From NCBI GenBank assembly GCA_965248925.1, contig CBDFLE010000005.1, positions 1,024,001-1,088,000 of the forward strand: a stretch of DNA of 64,000 nt. Direction: 5' to 3'. Below are positions 18,433-28,218 of this stretch, piece after piece. Origin of the DNA: Candidatus Multivoradales bacterium (GTDB lineage Bacteria; Acidobacteriota; Thermoanaerobaculia; Multivoradales; J023). The translations under genes were made by a program, and so were the position numbers. Position 1 is the first letter of the stretch. Each line of letters starts with the position of its first letter. The notes below the pieces were generated by a model. That model did no database searches and had not been told where the DNA came from. It was given only the letters and a program-made list of their open reading frames with translations.

Positions 18433-19698
18433 ATGCCCAGCGCCTCAACCACCTACGACGCCGTCGTCATCGGCGCCGGCCCCGCCGGTTCGACCGCCGC
18501 TACACTGGTGGCGAAGGCCGGCCATCGGGTGCTGCAGCTGGAGCGGGCGAATTTTCCTCGCTTCAAAGTCGGCGAATCACTGATTCCGGCGACTTACGAT
18601 GTGCTCCGCCGGCTCGGCATGTTGCCGCGGCTGCGCGGCGGACGTTTCGTCGAGAAACACAGCGTGCAGTTCTACTCCGGTGATGGCCGCGCCGGTCGGC
18701 CGTTCTACTTTCACGAGACCGACCCCAGTGAGCGCTCGCAAACCTGGCAAGTGCTGCGCAGTGAGTTCGATCAAATGATGTTGGAGAATGCTCGCCAGCA
18801 CGGTGTAGAGGCCCAGGAGGGAGTCGGTGTGCGGCAAGTGCTGTTCGATGAGCAACAGCGGGCGGTGGGGGTGGAGGCGCGGTTCGCCGACGGCGAGCAA
18901 CGGCGATTTAGCGCCCGAGTGGTCATCGACGCCTCCGGACAGCGTTCTCTGCTGGCCCGCAAGCTGGGCCTGCGGGTGACCGACGAACGGCTGAAAATGG
19001 CTTCGATCTTCACCCATTTTGAAGGCGGCCAGCGCGATCCGGGAATCGACGAAGGGGCGACTTTGATCTGTCACAGCGAGGGCAGCAAGTCCTGGCTGTG
19101 GTACATCCCGATGCCGGACAACATGGTCTCGGTCGGCGTGGTCGGGCCGATTCCTCATTTGATCCACGGCCGCCAAGGCAATCCCCAGCAAGTGCTCGAT
19201 GAAGAGATCGCCCGCTGTCCCGGAGTCCAACCGCGGCTCGTCGGCGCCCGCCAGGCGCTCGAGGTCAAGGTGCTGAACGACTTCTCCTACGTCTCGAGCC
19301 AGCTAGCTGGCGACGGCTGGGTGCTCGCTGGCGATGCCTTCGGCTTCCTCGACCCGATGTACTCCACCGGGGTACTGCTGGCCCTCAAATCTGGCGAAAT
19401 GGCCGGCGACGCGGTCGCCGCGGCACTCAGCCAAGGAGATACCTCAGCCGCTCGGCTAGGGGGTTTCGAAGCCACTCTGCGCGGTGGCCTGAACGCCTTT
19501 CGCCGCCTGATCTTCGCCTTCTACTCTCCCAAATTCAGCTTCGGCCGCTTCTTGAAGAGGTTTCCCGAACACCGTCCGCAGGTGGTCGACATCTTGGTCG
19601 GCGATGTCTTCGAACGAGACTTCGAACGCTTCTTCCACGACCTGGAAGGAATGCTCGGCGCGGCCACCAACAGCGACAAAGCGGAGATGGACGCTTGA
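18433..19698 (+). CDS. FAD-dependent oxidoreductase, flavin-dependent halogenase-like
   Basis: GAGPAG, FPRFKVGESL, WLWYIP (WxWxIP), GDAFGFLDPMYSTG. Confidence 0.85.
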   Translation: MPSASTTYDAVVIGAGPAGSTAATLVAKAGHRVLQLERANFPRFKVGESLIPATYDVLRRLGMLPRLRGGRFVEKHSVQFYSGDGRAGRPFYFHETDPSERSQTWQVLRSEFDQMMLENARQHGVEAQEGVGVRQVLFDEQQRAVGVEARFADGEQRRFSARVVIDASGQRSLLARKLGLRVTDERLKMASIFTHFEGGQRDPGIDEGATLICHSEGSKSWLWYIPMPDNMVSVGVVGPIPHLIHGRQGNPQQVLDEEIARCPGVQPRLVGARQALEVKVLNDFSYVSSQLAGDGWVLAGDAFGFLDPMYSTGVLLALKSGEMAGDAVAAALSQGDTSAARLGGFEATLRGGLNAFRRLIFAFYSPKFSFGRFLKRFPEHRPQVVDILVGDVFERDFERFFHDLEGMLGAATNSDKAEMDA

Positions 19699-21059
19699 GC
19701 AACGCGGCCCCGCAGGCACCACTGAAGATCGCCTTCATCACCGCCGGCGCGGCGGGCATGTACTGCGGCTCCTGCATGCACGACAATACTCTGGCTCGAC
19801 AACTGATGGGCCGCGGCCATGATGTCTCGTTGATGGCCCTCTACACGCCGCTGCGCACCGACGAGGAAAACGTCACCCTCGACCGTGTGTTTTACGGCGC
19901 GATCAATATCTACTTGCAGTCCAAGCTGTCTTTCTTCCGCCACACTCCGCGGCTGATCGATTGGTTGCTCGACCGACCCCGTCTACTAGGTTGGGCGGCC
20001 AAGCTGGGCTCTTCGACCGCTGCCTCGGAACTTGGCGACATCACCTTGGCCACTTTGCAAGGAGCCGACGGCCCGCAAGCTAAGGAACTCGATCGCCTGG
20101 TCGCCTGGTTGCGCGACGACCTACGCCCCGACCTGGTCCACCTCTCGCAGACCCTGATGCTCGGCCTGGCACCGCGCCTGGGCGAGGAACTGGGGGTACC
20201 GATCACTTGCGCGCTGCTCGGCGAGGACATCTTTCTCGATGGCCTGCGCGAGCCCTTTCACTCGCAAGTGCTGGAGATCATGCGCCGCAATGCCCGTCAG
20301 GTGGCGGCCTTTATCGCCCCCTGCCAGTATTTCGCCGACTTGATGGGAGAGCAGCTCGATCTGGATGAGACCAAAATCCACCAGGTGCCCTTGGGGGTCG
20401 ACAACCAGGATTTCAACAGCCCGCCACCGACCCCTCGCCCCGTCGACCGCGTCACTCTCGGCTACCTGGCGCGAATGTGCCCTGAGAAGGGTTTCCACCT
20501 GCTGCTCGACGCCTTCCGCCGGCTGGCCAGCGAGGATCCTCGACTCCGGCTCGAGGTCGCCGGCTACCTCGGCGGCGGTGATCGGGCCTATTTCGAGGAA
20601 CAGCGGCGGCGAGTCGCCGCCTGGGGGCTCGAAGATCGAGTGCGATTTCACGGTGAGGTCGACCGCGCCGGCAAGATCCGCTTGCTGCACAGCCTCGACC
20701 TCTTCTCGGTGCCGTCGGTCTATAGCGAGCCCAAAGGACTGTCAGTTCTTGAAGCGATGGCTGCCGGGGTGCCCGTGGTGGTCCCTGAGCATGGCGCGTT
20801 CCCGGAGATCCTCGGCGCCACCGGCGCCGGTTTGCTAGTCGAACCCGGTTCGGTGGATTCGCTGGTCACTGGACTGCGTCGCCTGATCGCCGATCCAGAT
20901 CAGCGCCGGCACCTGGGGGAACAGGGGCGGCGAGCGGTTGAGCACGGAGCCTATGGCGCTTCAGCGATGGCCGTGGCCACCCTGGACGTCTTCCACCAGG
21001 TGCTTGCCACGGGCGCAACCGAAGTCGAACAGGAACTGAGCCTCGGCGCTACGGGCTGA
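19695..21059 (+). CDS. Glycosyltransferase family 4
   Basis: YLARMCPEKG, EPKGLSVLEAMAAG. N-terminal MYCGSCMHDN motif. Confidence 0.9.
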   Translation: MSNAAPQAPLKIAFITAGAAGMYCGSCMHDNTLARQLMGRGHDVSLMALYTPLRTDEENVTLDRVFYGAINIYLQSKLSFFRHTPRLIDWLLDRPRLLGWAAKLGSSTAASELGDITLATLQGADGPQAKELDRLVAWLRDDLRPDLVHLSQTLMLGLAPRLGEELGVPITCALLGEDIFLDGLREPFHSQVLEIMRRNARQVAAFIAPCQYFADLMGEQLDLDETKIHQVPLGVDNQDFNSPPPTPRPVDRVTLGYLARMCPEKGFHLLLDAFRRLASEDPRLRLEVAGYLGGGDRAYFEEQRRRVAAWGLEDRVRFHGEVDRAGKIRLLHSLDLFSVPSVYSEPKGLSVLEAMAAGVPVVVPEHGAFPEILGATGAGLLVEPGSVDSLVTGLRRLIADPDQRRHLGEQGRRAVEHGAYGASAMAVATLDVFHQVLATGATEVEQELSLGATG

Positions 21060-21092
21060 AGCGGCAAGACTCAAGTAGGCTACGATCTGCCG

Positions 21093-21527
21093 ATGTATGA
21101 ATTCCGCACTAGTCGCCGGATCGAATTCGCCGATACCGACATGGCCGGCATCGTCCACTTCAGTCGCTTCTTCGTCTTCATGGAAACCGCCGAGCATGAG
21201 TTTCAGCGCTCCTTGGGCTCGGCGGTGCATTTTCAACACGAGGGAGTTGAGATCGGCTGGCCGCGGGTCGAGGCCAACTGCCGCTACCGCAGCCCGGCAC
21301 GGCTCGGCGATGAACTCGATATTCACTTGCGGATCCTGCGCAAGGGTCGCCGGTCGCTGACATACAGTTTCGATATCCGCTGTGGCGAGCGCTTAGTGGC
21401 CGAGGGGCGCTTGTCGATGATCTGCTGTGCCCTCGAGCCTGGACAGCCGCCGCGGCCAGTGGCCATTCCCTCCTTTCTGGCGGAGCGGCTGGAACAAGCG
21501 CCCGACAACGCTAAGATGCAGGCTTAA
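21093..21527 (+). CDS. Acyl-CoA thioesterase (4HBT/YbgC hotdog)
   Basis: FADTDMAGIVHFSRF, CRYRSPAR. Confidence 0.9.
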   Translation: MYEFRTSRRIEFADTDMAGIVHFSRFFVFMETAEHEFQRSLGSAVHFQHEGVEIGWPRVEANCRYRSPARLGDELDIHLRILRKGRRSLTYSFDIRCGERLVAEGRLSMICCALEPGQPPRPVAIPSFLAERLEQAPDNAKMQA

Positions 21528-21537
21528 ACCAACCCAC

Positions 21538-21612
21538 AGGAAAACAAGTGCCAGGAGAACAAGTGCTAGGAGAACAAGTGCTAGGAGAACAAGTGCTAGG
21601 AGAACAAGTGCC
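21538..21612 (+). repeat. 5 x 15-bp tandem repeat AGGAGAACAAGTGC(T/C)
   Basis: Units start at 21538, 21553, 21568, 21583 and 21598. The first unit has one A-for-G variant. Confidence 0.97.
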
Positions 21613-22297
21613 GCCCACGCCGCAGATCTCGCTCAAGGTTTCCAACTTGTTCAAGGACTTCGCCACCGGACAACAGACTGTCGAAGTGCTGCGAGGCATC
21701 ACTCTTGAAATGCGGGCTGGTCAATCGCTCGCCGTCACCGGGCCTTCAGGATCCGGCAAGAGCACTTTGCTGCATTTGATCGGCACCCTCGATGTGCCCA
21801 GCCGCGGCGAGATCACCATCAACGGTGAGAACCCCTTTGCCCTCAGCGAACCGCGGCTGGCGCGCTTCCGCAATCGCCAAATTGGCTTCGTCTTCCAAGA
21901 CCACCACTTGCTGCCACAATACTCAGTGCTGGAAAACGTGCTGGTACCGACCCTGGCCCACGGTTCGCCGGATGGCGACGCCGAGGATCGCGCGCGCCAT
22001 CTACTCGGCCGGGTCGGCTTGGAGCACCGCCTCCTGCATCGGCCAGGGGAGTTGTCCGGCGGCGAGCGCCAGCGAGTGGCGGTGGCGCGGGCCCTGATCC
22101 AACGACCGGCGCTGCTGCTCTGTGACGAACCCACCGGCAGCCTTGATCAACACACCGCCATGATGGTTGGCGATCTGCTCGCCGAATTACACCAGGAGGA
22201 GCAAAACATTCTCATTGTGGTCACCCACAGCCCGGAGTTAGCACACCGCTTCACCCGCCGCTTCGAATTGCGTGAGGGCACATGCGCGCTACTCTGA
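21548..22297 (+). CDS. ABC transporter ATP-binding protein (LolD/MacB type)
   Basis: GPSGSGKST, LSGGERQR, LLCDEPTG, VVTH. The start could be any GTG from 21548 to 21608. Confidence 0.95.
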   Translation: MPGEQVLGEQVLGEQVLGEQVPPTPQISLKVSNLFKDFATGQQTVEVLRGITLEMRAGQSLAVTGPSGSGKSTLLHLIGTLDVPSRGEITINGENPFALSEPRLARFRNRQIGFVFQDHHLLPQYSVLENVLVPTLAHGSPDGDAEDRARHLLGRVGLEHRLLHRPGELSGGERQRVAVARALIQRPALLLCDEPTGSLDQHTAMMVGDLLAELHQEEQNILIVVTHSPELAHRFTRRFELREGTCALL

Positions 22298-25200
22298 GCT
22301 TCTACTGGCGCACCCACCTGGCGGTAATCCTCGGCGCCGCGGTGGCCACCGCGGTGCTTACCGGCGCCCTACTGGTCGGCGACTCGGTGCGCGGCAGCCT
22401 GCGCCAACTCACCTTGGAACGCCTCGGCCACATCGACTTCGCTCTGGCCGGCCAGCGCTTCTTTCCCCAGCACATTGTTCAGCGACTGACCGACGACGAC
22501 GATTTCACCACTCAAGTCGATAGCGTGGCGCCGGTCATCCTGCTGCGCGCCAGCGCCCAACACGCCAGCAGCCGGGCGCGCGCCAATGGCGTCGGCTTGC
22601 AGGGGGTTGGCCGGCATGCATTGGCCCTTTTTGACCACGGCCCGGGCAAGCCACAGGCTCTTTACGCCGAGCGCAAACGCAGCCCATTTCCACCCGCGGC
22701 GATCAATCGAACCCTGGCCAGGGAACTCGGCGCCGAAGTCGGTGACGACCTGCTGCTGTCGCTGAAACGCTGGAGCCAGGTACCCACCGGCTCGCTCTTG
22801 GGCCAGAAAGCTATCGCAGATGTGGTCCAGACCCTGCGCCTGCGGGTGGTCGAGATCGTTGCTGACCGTGGCATGGGACGTTTTGCGCTGGAGACCCACC
22901 AAGGCACCACACGCAATATCTTCGTACCCCTGGAGCGGCTGCAGAAAGCCCTCGCCGAGGACGGCTCGATCAACGGTCTGTGGGTCGATGGCAAAGACGA
23001 AGACAGCGATCCCCAGGAGCAAGCCAAGCTCCTCGATGAGACGCTGCGGCGCCAGCTGCACCTGGCTGATATCGGGGTGCTGGCCAAGCCACACGACGCC
23101 GTTGTCACCCTGGAAAGCGAGGAGTTCATCCTCCGCCCTAGCCTGGTCACGGCGGTCGAGCAAGTTGCCGGCGACGCCGCCGTGTTGCCGATCTACACCT
23201 ACCTCGCCAACAGCCTCAGCATCGGTGAGCGGCACCTCGCCTACTCGACCGTCAGTGCCATGCCCACCCAACCGGCAGCAGCCTTCGGCGATTTGCGCTT
23301 GATCGATGGCAGCCTCGCGCCACGGCTAGCGGAGAACGAGATCCTGCTCAACACCTGGGCTGCCGAGGAACTTGGCGCGAAGGTCGGCGACAGCGTCCAG
23401 CTGGACTACTTCGTGGTCGGTCCGCGAGAAGAGCTGCGCGAAGACAGCCACCCGCTGCGTTTGGCCGGCATCGTCGCTCTCACCGGCCTGGGGGCCGATT
23501 CCCGATTGAGCCAGGACTACCCAGGCATTGCCGGCGCCGCCGACATGTCAGATTGGGATCCGCCTTTCCCCCTCGACCTCAGCCTGGTCAGCGACCGCGA
23601 CGAGGCGTATTGGGATCTCTACCGCGGCACCCCCAAGGCCTTCGTCCACCTGGCGACCGGCCAACGGCTGTGGCGCAATCGCTGGGGAGCTTTGACCGCC
23701 CTGCGCCTGGCCCCCTCGGATGGCGACCGCGACGCGCTGATCGGTCGCTTGGAGCGCGAGCTGCCGGCGCTACTTCCTGCCGAGAGTCTCGGACTGGTCT
23801 TGCAACCGGTCAAGGCTCTGGGATTGGCGGCGGCCAGCGGGGCCACCGACTTCGGCGGCCTCTTCGTCGGTTTCAGCATCTTCTTGATCGTCGCCGCGGC
23901 GTTGCTGGCGGCCTTACTCTTCGGCCTCGGCGTCGAGCAGCGAGCGGCCGAGATCGGCCTGCTCGAAGCGGTTGGCTGGACAGTGCGCCAGGTGCGCCAC
24001 CGGCTGCTCGGCGAGGGGCTGTTGTTGGCGCTGCTCGGCGGCCTGCTCGGGCTGGCCGGCGCGGTCGGCTATGCGGCACTGATGATGGCCGCCCTGCGCA
24101 GCTGGTGGCAGCCGGCGATGGGCACCTCGGCGCTCTACCTGCACATCTTGCCGAGCAGCTTGGCAAGCGGCTTCTTGATCAGCCTGGTGGTGGTTCTGGT
24201 GTCGATCTGGTGGACCGTGCGGCGCATCGGCCAAGTGCCGGCAACGCGCCTGCTCAAGCGCTTGGTCGAACCCCCGACAAGCGGCCCGCGGGGACGCCTG
24301 GCGCGGTGGCTGTCGCTGCTGGTGCCACTCGCTCTGCTGCTGCTTGGCTGGGCGGTGAGTAGTGACAACAGCGAGAATCCAGCCGTCTTCTTCACCGCCG
24401 GTCCACTGCTGTTGCTCGGCTTTCTGGCCTGGTTTTCGTTGTGGACCGGGCGCGGTCGCCGCCGGCCGACGGTCGGGTTGCCCTCGCTGCTCAGCATGGC
24501 AGCGGCCAACAGCGGTCGCCAAAGAGGACGTGGCCTGCTCTCGGCCAGCTTGTTGGCGGCGGCCAGCTTTCTCATCGTCACTGTCGCTTCGATGCAGCAC
24601 GACTACCGGCGCGAGGAGCTTGATCGCAGCTCCGGAACCGGCGGCTTTGCCCTGGTGGCGCAGTCAGACATACCTCTGCATCATGATCTTGACAGCGACC
24701 CAGGCCGCTTTGAGCTGGGCATGCCCGACGCCGCCACTCAGCGCCTGGCTGGAGTTGCCATCACTCCCCTGCGTTTGCTGCCCGGCGACGACACCAGCTG
24801 TCTCAACCTCTACCAACCTGGCCAACCACGGATCTTGGGCGTCCCCGACTCCTTGATCGAACGCGGCGCTTTCACTTTCACTCGCCAAGCGACGGCGGTG
24901 GACAACCCCTGGACCTTGCTGCAGCAGGACCTCGGCGCGGGAGTAGTGCCGGCGATTGGCGACTTCGAGTCGCTGTCCTACATTCTCAAAGTCAAGCTGG
25001 GCGAGACGGTGGAACTCGAAGACGAACATGGCCAGCCGTTGCGATTACAGATCGTCGGCATGCTGGCGACCAGCATCTTCCAGAGCGAGTTACTGATCTC
25101 AGAAGCCAACTTGCTCCGTCATTTCCCCAGCCGCGATGGCTTCTCCTACTTTCTTGCCGACGCGCCACGGGAGCGCCGCCAAGACGTGGCTCAAGCGTTG

Positions 25201-25662
25201 GAGGTCTACCTCGAACCCTACGGCTTTGACGCCAGCACCGCGGCCGATAAACTGGCCGCCTTCCACGCCGTGCGCAACACCTTCTTACAGACCTTCCAGA
25301 CCCTCGGCGGTCTCGGTCTGCTGCTCGGCACCATCGGCTTGGCGGTGGTGCTGGTGCGCGGCCTAGTGGAGCGCCGCGGCGAACTAGCCACCCTGCGAGC
25401 GTTTGGCTTTCGCCAGGCCAGATTGACCCTGCTGGTGGTGCTGGAAAACGCCGTGCCGCTGGTCGGTGGCTTGGCCATCGGTACCACCGCGGCGCTAGTC
25501 ACCGTGATGCCCTTTCTGCTCAGCGACGGCTCGGCGGTACCTTGGCGATCGATCGCGCTGACTCTGCTCGGCATCTTGGCCTTCGGCTTATTGAGCGCCG
25601 CGGTAGCCGCCAAAGGGGCGCTGCGAGCCGACCTCTTGCCGGCTCTCAAAGCCGAGCAGTGA
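22282..25662 (+). CDS. Large FtsX/MacB-like ABC permease (duplicated architecture)
   Basis: TAVLTGALLVGDSVRGSL, VEQRAAEIGLL.AVG and ERRGELATLRAFGF permease motifs. 1126 aa. Confidence 0.9.
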   Translation: MRATLSFYWRTHLAVILGAAVATAVLTGALLVGDSVRGSLRQLTLERLGHIDFALAGQRFFPQHIVQRLTDDDDFTTQVDSVAPVILLRASAQHASSRARANGVGLQGVGRHALALFDHGPGKPQALYAERKRSPFPPAAINRTLARELGAEVGDDLLLSLKRWSQVPTGSLLGQKAIADVVQTLRLRVVEIVADRGMGRFALETHQGTTRNIFVPLERLQKALAEDGSINGLWVDGKDEDSDPQEQAKLLDETLRRQLHLADIGVLAKPHDAVVTLESEEFILRPSLVTAVEQVAGDAAVLPIYTYLANSLSIGERHLAYSTVSAMPTQPAAAFGDLRLIDGSLAPRLAENEILLNTWAAEELGAKVGDSVQLDYFVVGPREELREDSHPLRLAGIVALTGLGADSRLSQDYPGIAGAADMSDWDPPFPLDLSLVSDRDEAYWDLYRGTPKAFVHLATGQRLWRNRWGALTALRLAPSDGDRDALIGRLERELPALLPAESLGLVLQPVKALGLAAASGATDFGGLFVGFSIFLIVAAALLAALLFGLGVEQRAAEIGLLEAVGWTVRQVRHRLLGEGLLLALLGGLLGLAGAVGYAALMMAALRSWWQPAMGTSALYLHILPSSLASGFLISLVVVLVSIWWTVRRIGQVPATRLLKRLVEPPTSGPRGRLARWLSLLVPLALLLLGWAVSSDNSENPAVFFTAGPLLLLGFLAWFSLWTGRGRRRPTVGLPSLLSMAAANSGRQRGRGLLSASLLAAASFLIVTVASMQHDYRREELDRSSGTGGFALVAQSDIPLHHDLDSDPGRFELGMPDAATQRLAGVAITPLRLLPGDDTSCLNLYQPGQPRILGVPDSLIERGAFTFTRQATAVDNPWTLLQQDLGAGVVPAIGDFESLSYILKVKLGETVELEDEHGQPLRLQIVGMLATSIFQSELLISEANLLRHFPSRDGFSYFLADAPRERRQDVAQALEVYLEPYGFDASTAADKLAAFHAVRNTFLQTFQTLGGLGLLLGTIGLAVVLVRGLVERRGELATLRAFGFRQARLTLLVVLENAVPLVGGLAIGTTAALVTVMPFLLSDGSAVPWRSIALTLLGILAFGLLSAAVAAKGALRADLLPALKAEQ

Positions 25663-25777
25663 AGCGACGAACGGCACCCCCGCGGCTGCCGCGAGCGGTC
25701 TAGAATTGCCCGCACTTGCACACCAACGCTGAACCACTCGCTGACCTCTACGGCCGCCGGCCGAGGAACCTATCGTG

Positions 25778-26230
25778 ATGAAGATGTGGATGCTCTTTGC
25801 CCTGCTCGCCGCCCTGTCTTGGGGCGCTTATGTTCCGATTCTGCACCAAGGCCAGATGCTGCTCGACAAGGGCTCCTTGCGCGCCTTCCTCTGCGTCGGC
25901 CTGGCCTACTTCTTCACCGCCGTAGTAGTACCGCTGATCCTGCTGCTGGGACCAAAGATCGAGCCGATGGAATTCAACAGCAAGGGGGTAACGGTAGCCA
26001 CCATCGCCGGGGTGCTGGGTGCTGCCGGAGCGCTGTTCGTGATTCTGGCGCTCAAGAGCGGCGGCTCTCCCCTCTTTGTAGCGCCCCTGGTTTTCGCCGG
26101 TGCGCCGATCGTCAACGCCTTGGTCAGCATGACCTGGCACCGGCCCAAGGCGCCACCGGAACCGTGGTTCTGGGTCGGCATGTTGTTAGCCGCCGCGGGT
26201 GCCGCCATGGTGCTGCGCTTCAAACCCTGA
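25778..26230 (+). CDS. Small multi-pass membrane protein (DMT/EamA-like)
   Basis: Five hydrophobic segments, SWGAY, PLVFAGAP. Confidence 0.7.
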   Translation: MKMWMLFALLAALSWGAYVPILHQGQMLLDKGSLRAFLCVGLAYFFTAVVVPLILLLGPKIEPMEFNSKGVTVATIAGVLGAAGALFVILALKSGGSPLFVAPLVFAGAPIVNALVSMTWHRPKAPPEPWFWVGMLLAAAGAAMVLRFKP

Positions 26231-26240
26231 GGACATCGAG

Positions 26241-27017
26241 ATGAGTGAATTTATCGACATCCAAGACCAAGACGGCGTGCGCACGGTGACCATGAACCGG
26301 CCACGGTTGAAGAACGCCCTGTCGCACGAGATGTACACCGCGATGGCCAACACCATCTTCAGCGCCGCAGACGATCCGGCAATCCGGGTGGTGCTGCTGA
26401 CCGGCGCCGGCGATGCCTTTACTTCCGGCAACGACGTGCAGGAGTTCTTGTCCGCGCCGCCATCGCTGGTGGACGGCAGTGAACCGCCGGTGTTGCGCTT
26501 CCTACAAGCCATTGTCAGCGCCCCAAAACCGCTGATTGCCGCGGTCAACGGGCTGGCGGTGGGCATCGGCACCACCATGCTGCTGCACTGTGACCTGGTC
26601 TACGCCGCCGACAACGCGACCTTCTGCACTCCGTTCATCGACCTCGGACTGGTACCGGAAGCCGCTTCCAGCCTGCTATTGCCGCAAATTGCCGGCTTCC
26701 GCCGCGCTTACGAGATGCTGATGCTCGGCCAATGGCTCGATGCCGCCGAGGCCGAGTCGTGCGGTCTGGTGAGCCGGGTTTTCGCCACCGATGAGCTGCC
26801 CGAGGCGAGTCGGAAGAGCGCTCTGAAACTGGCCGCCAAACCTCCCGACGCCTTACGCCGCACCAAGGCATTGTTGCGCCAGAACATCACGGCCGTACCA
26901 CAGCGCATCGCGGAGGAGGCGAAACAATTCGGCAAAGCGTTGGCCAGTGCTGAATTCAAGGAAGCCGCTCAGGCCTTCGTCGAAAAACGCAAACCAGACT
27001 TCTCGCGCTGCGCCTAA
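26241..27017 (+). CDS. Enoyl-CoA hydratase/isomerase
   Basis: NRPRLKNA, FTSGND, AVNGLAVGIG, LGLVPEAASS. Confidence 0.93.
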   Translation: MSEFIDIQDQDGVRTVTMNRPRLKNALSHEMYTAMANTIFSAADDPAIRVVLLTGAGDAFTSGNDVQEFLSAPPSLVDGSEPPVLRFLQAIVSAPKPLIAAVNGLAVGIGTTMLLHCDLVYAADNATFCTPFIDLGLVPEAASSLLLPQIAGFRRAYEMLMLGQWLDAAEAESCGLVSRVFATDELPEASRKSALKLAAKPPDALRRTKALLRQNITAVPQRIAEEAKQFGKALASAEFKEAAQAFVEKRKPDFSRCA

Positions 27018-27186
27018 CCGCGACCTTCGCGAGTAGATCCCGGGGCAACCTACAGACCGGTCAGGGCAGCTATGGGTTCTTCAGTCAATAGCTGACCATC
27101 TGGCCGCGAACCTTTACCGAGACGAGAGCTGCTCACCGCTAGCGGGGAAAAGCAGGCCGTGGTCGAAGAGAGTACTAGCGAGCACC

Positions 27187-27222
27187 AACTTGTTGAGCCG
27201 AGTTAACTTGTTGAGCCGAGTT
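27187..27222 (+). repeat. 2 x 18-bp direct repeat AACTTGTTGAGCCGAGTT upstream of the antitoxin
   Basis: Perfect copies at 27187-27204 and 27205-27222. Confidence 0.95.
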
Positions 27223-27239
27223 GTAGTAAGATCAGGATT

Positions 27240-27590
27240 ATGCAACTCCTTGATCTTGCCAAATCCCTGCCAGCAGCCCAGGTCAGCATTGGCCAGGTCA
27301 AGCGCGACATCTCGCAGCTGGTCAACCGGGTCAGTTTTGGCGGCGAGCGCATCGTCCTCACCTCCAGAGGCCGCCCCAAAGCTGCCCTGGTGAGCCTCCG
27401 AGATCTGACTTGGCTAGAGCAGCAAGGTGCTGAACAGAGCCTCGAACGGTGGCGCGCTTGGGATGAGTCCGCCGGCCGTCTGGCCGCAGAAATCGCTCAG
27501 CGCCGGGGTGGTGAGCCGCTGGCCCTCGACCGGGCTCTCGACAGCAGCCGCAGCGATTTAGAAGAGCGCTCGCGGCCCGAGCGCGGCTAG
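27240..27590 (+). CDS. Phd/YefM-family antitoxin
   Basis: VSIGQVKRDISQLVNRV..GERIVLTSRGRPKAALVS. Confidence 0.88.
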   Translation: MQLLDLAKSLPAAQVSIGQVKRDISQLVNRVSFGGERIVLTSRGRPKAALVSLRDLTWLEQQGAEQSLERWRAWDESAGRLAAEIAQRRGGEPLALDRALDSSRSDLEERSRPERG

Positions 27591-27599
27591 GGTCCGGCG

Positions 27600-28031
27600 T
27601 TGGACTCGACCGTCGTCATCGACGCTTGCGTGGCCATAAGCGCACTCATGCCCGGCCCCAGACAGGCGACTTGCCGGCAGCACTTGCGGCGCTGTGCCGA
27701 GGATGGCAGGCAGCTTTTCGCACCGACCCTGTGGGCCTATGAGACCACCTCGACACTGAATAAGTTGCATCATTTTGGCGACCTGACCGGCAGCGAAGCG
27801 CGCCGCGCCTTGGCCCAGCTAGACAGCTTTGACATCCGCTTGATTGCCCCCGATGGAGAACTCCGCCAGCGGGCCTTCGACTGGTCTCTGAAACTCGAAC
27901 GCGCCAGTGCTTACGACTCCTTCTATCTCGCCTTGGCGCAAACCCTCGACTGCGAGTTGTGGACCACCGACAAGAGGCTGCGCCGAGCCGTCGCTGAGAG
28001 TTGGGTCCGTGAACTCGAGCCGACCGACTGA
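27600..28031 (+). CDS. vapC: VapC-like PIN-domain toxin
   Basis: VVIDA, APTLWAYE, SAYDSFYLALA, LWTTDKRL. Confidence 0.88.
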   Translation: MDSTVVIDACVAISALMPGPRQATCRQHLRRCAEDGRQLFAPTLWAYETTSTLNKLHHFGDLTGSEARRALAQLDSFDIRLIAPDGELRQRAFDWSLKLERASAYDSFYLALAQTLDCELWTTDKRLRRAVAESWVRELEPTD

Positions 28032-28218
28032 CCCAGCGCTCTTCGACAGCGCGGTTCTCTGAACCTCCCGACCCTAAATCCATCCATTCCGAGTAGCAGA
28101 TCTGAACAGCTGGTCCCGCGATCCCAGCTCGCAGGCGGTGCCAGAACCTTGTCCCAGGCCGAACCGTACCAAGCAGCAGCTGCGCTACCCGCAACTCCCA
28201 AACCAGAGGAAATGAGGA

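Noticed and set aside
21538-21612. CRISPR array (also considered for 31141-31226)
   Set aside because: Units are 10-15 bp, head-to-tail, with no spacers and no cas genes.
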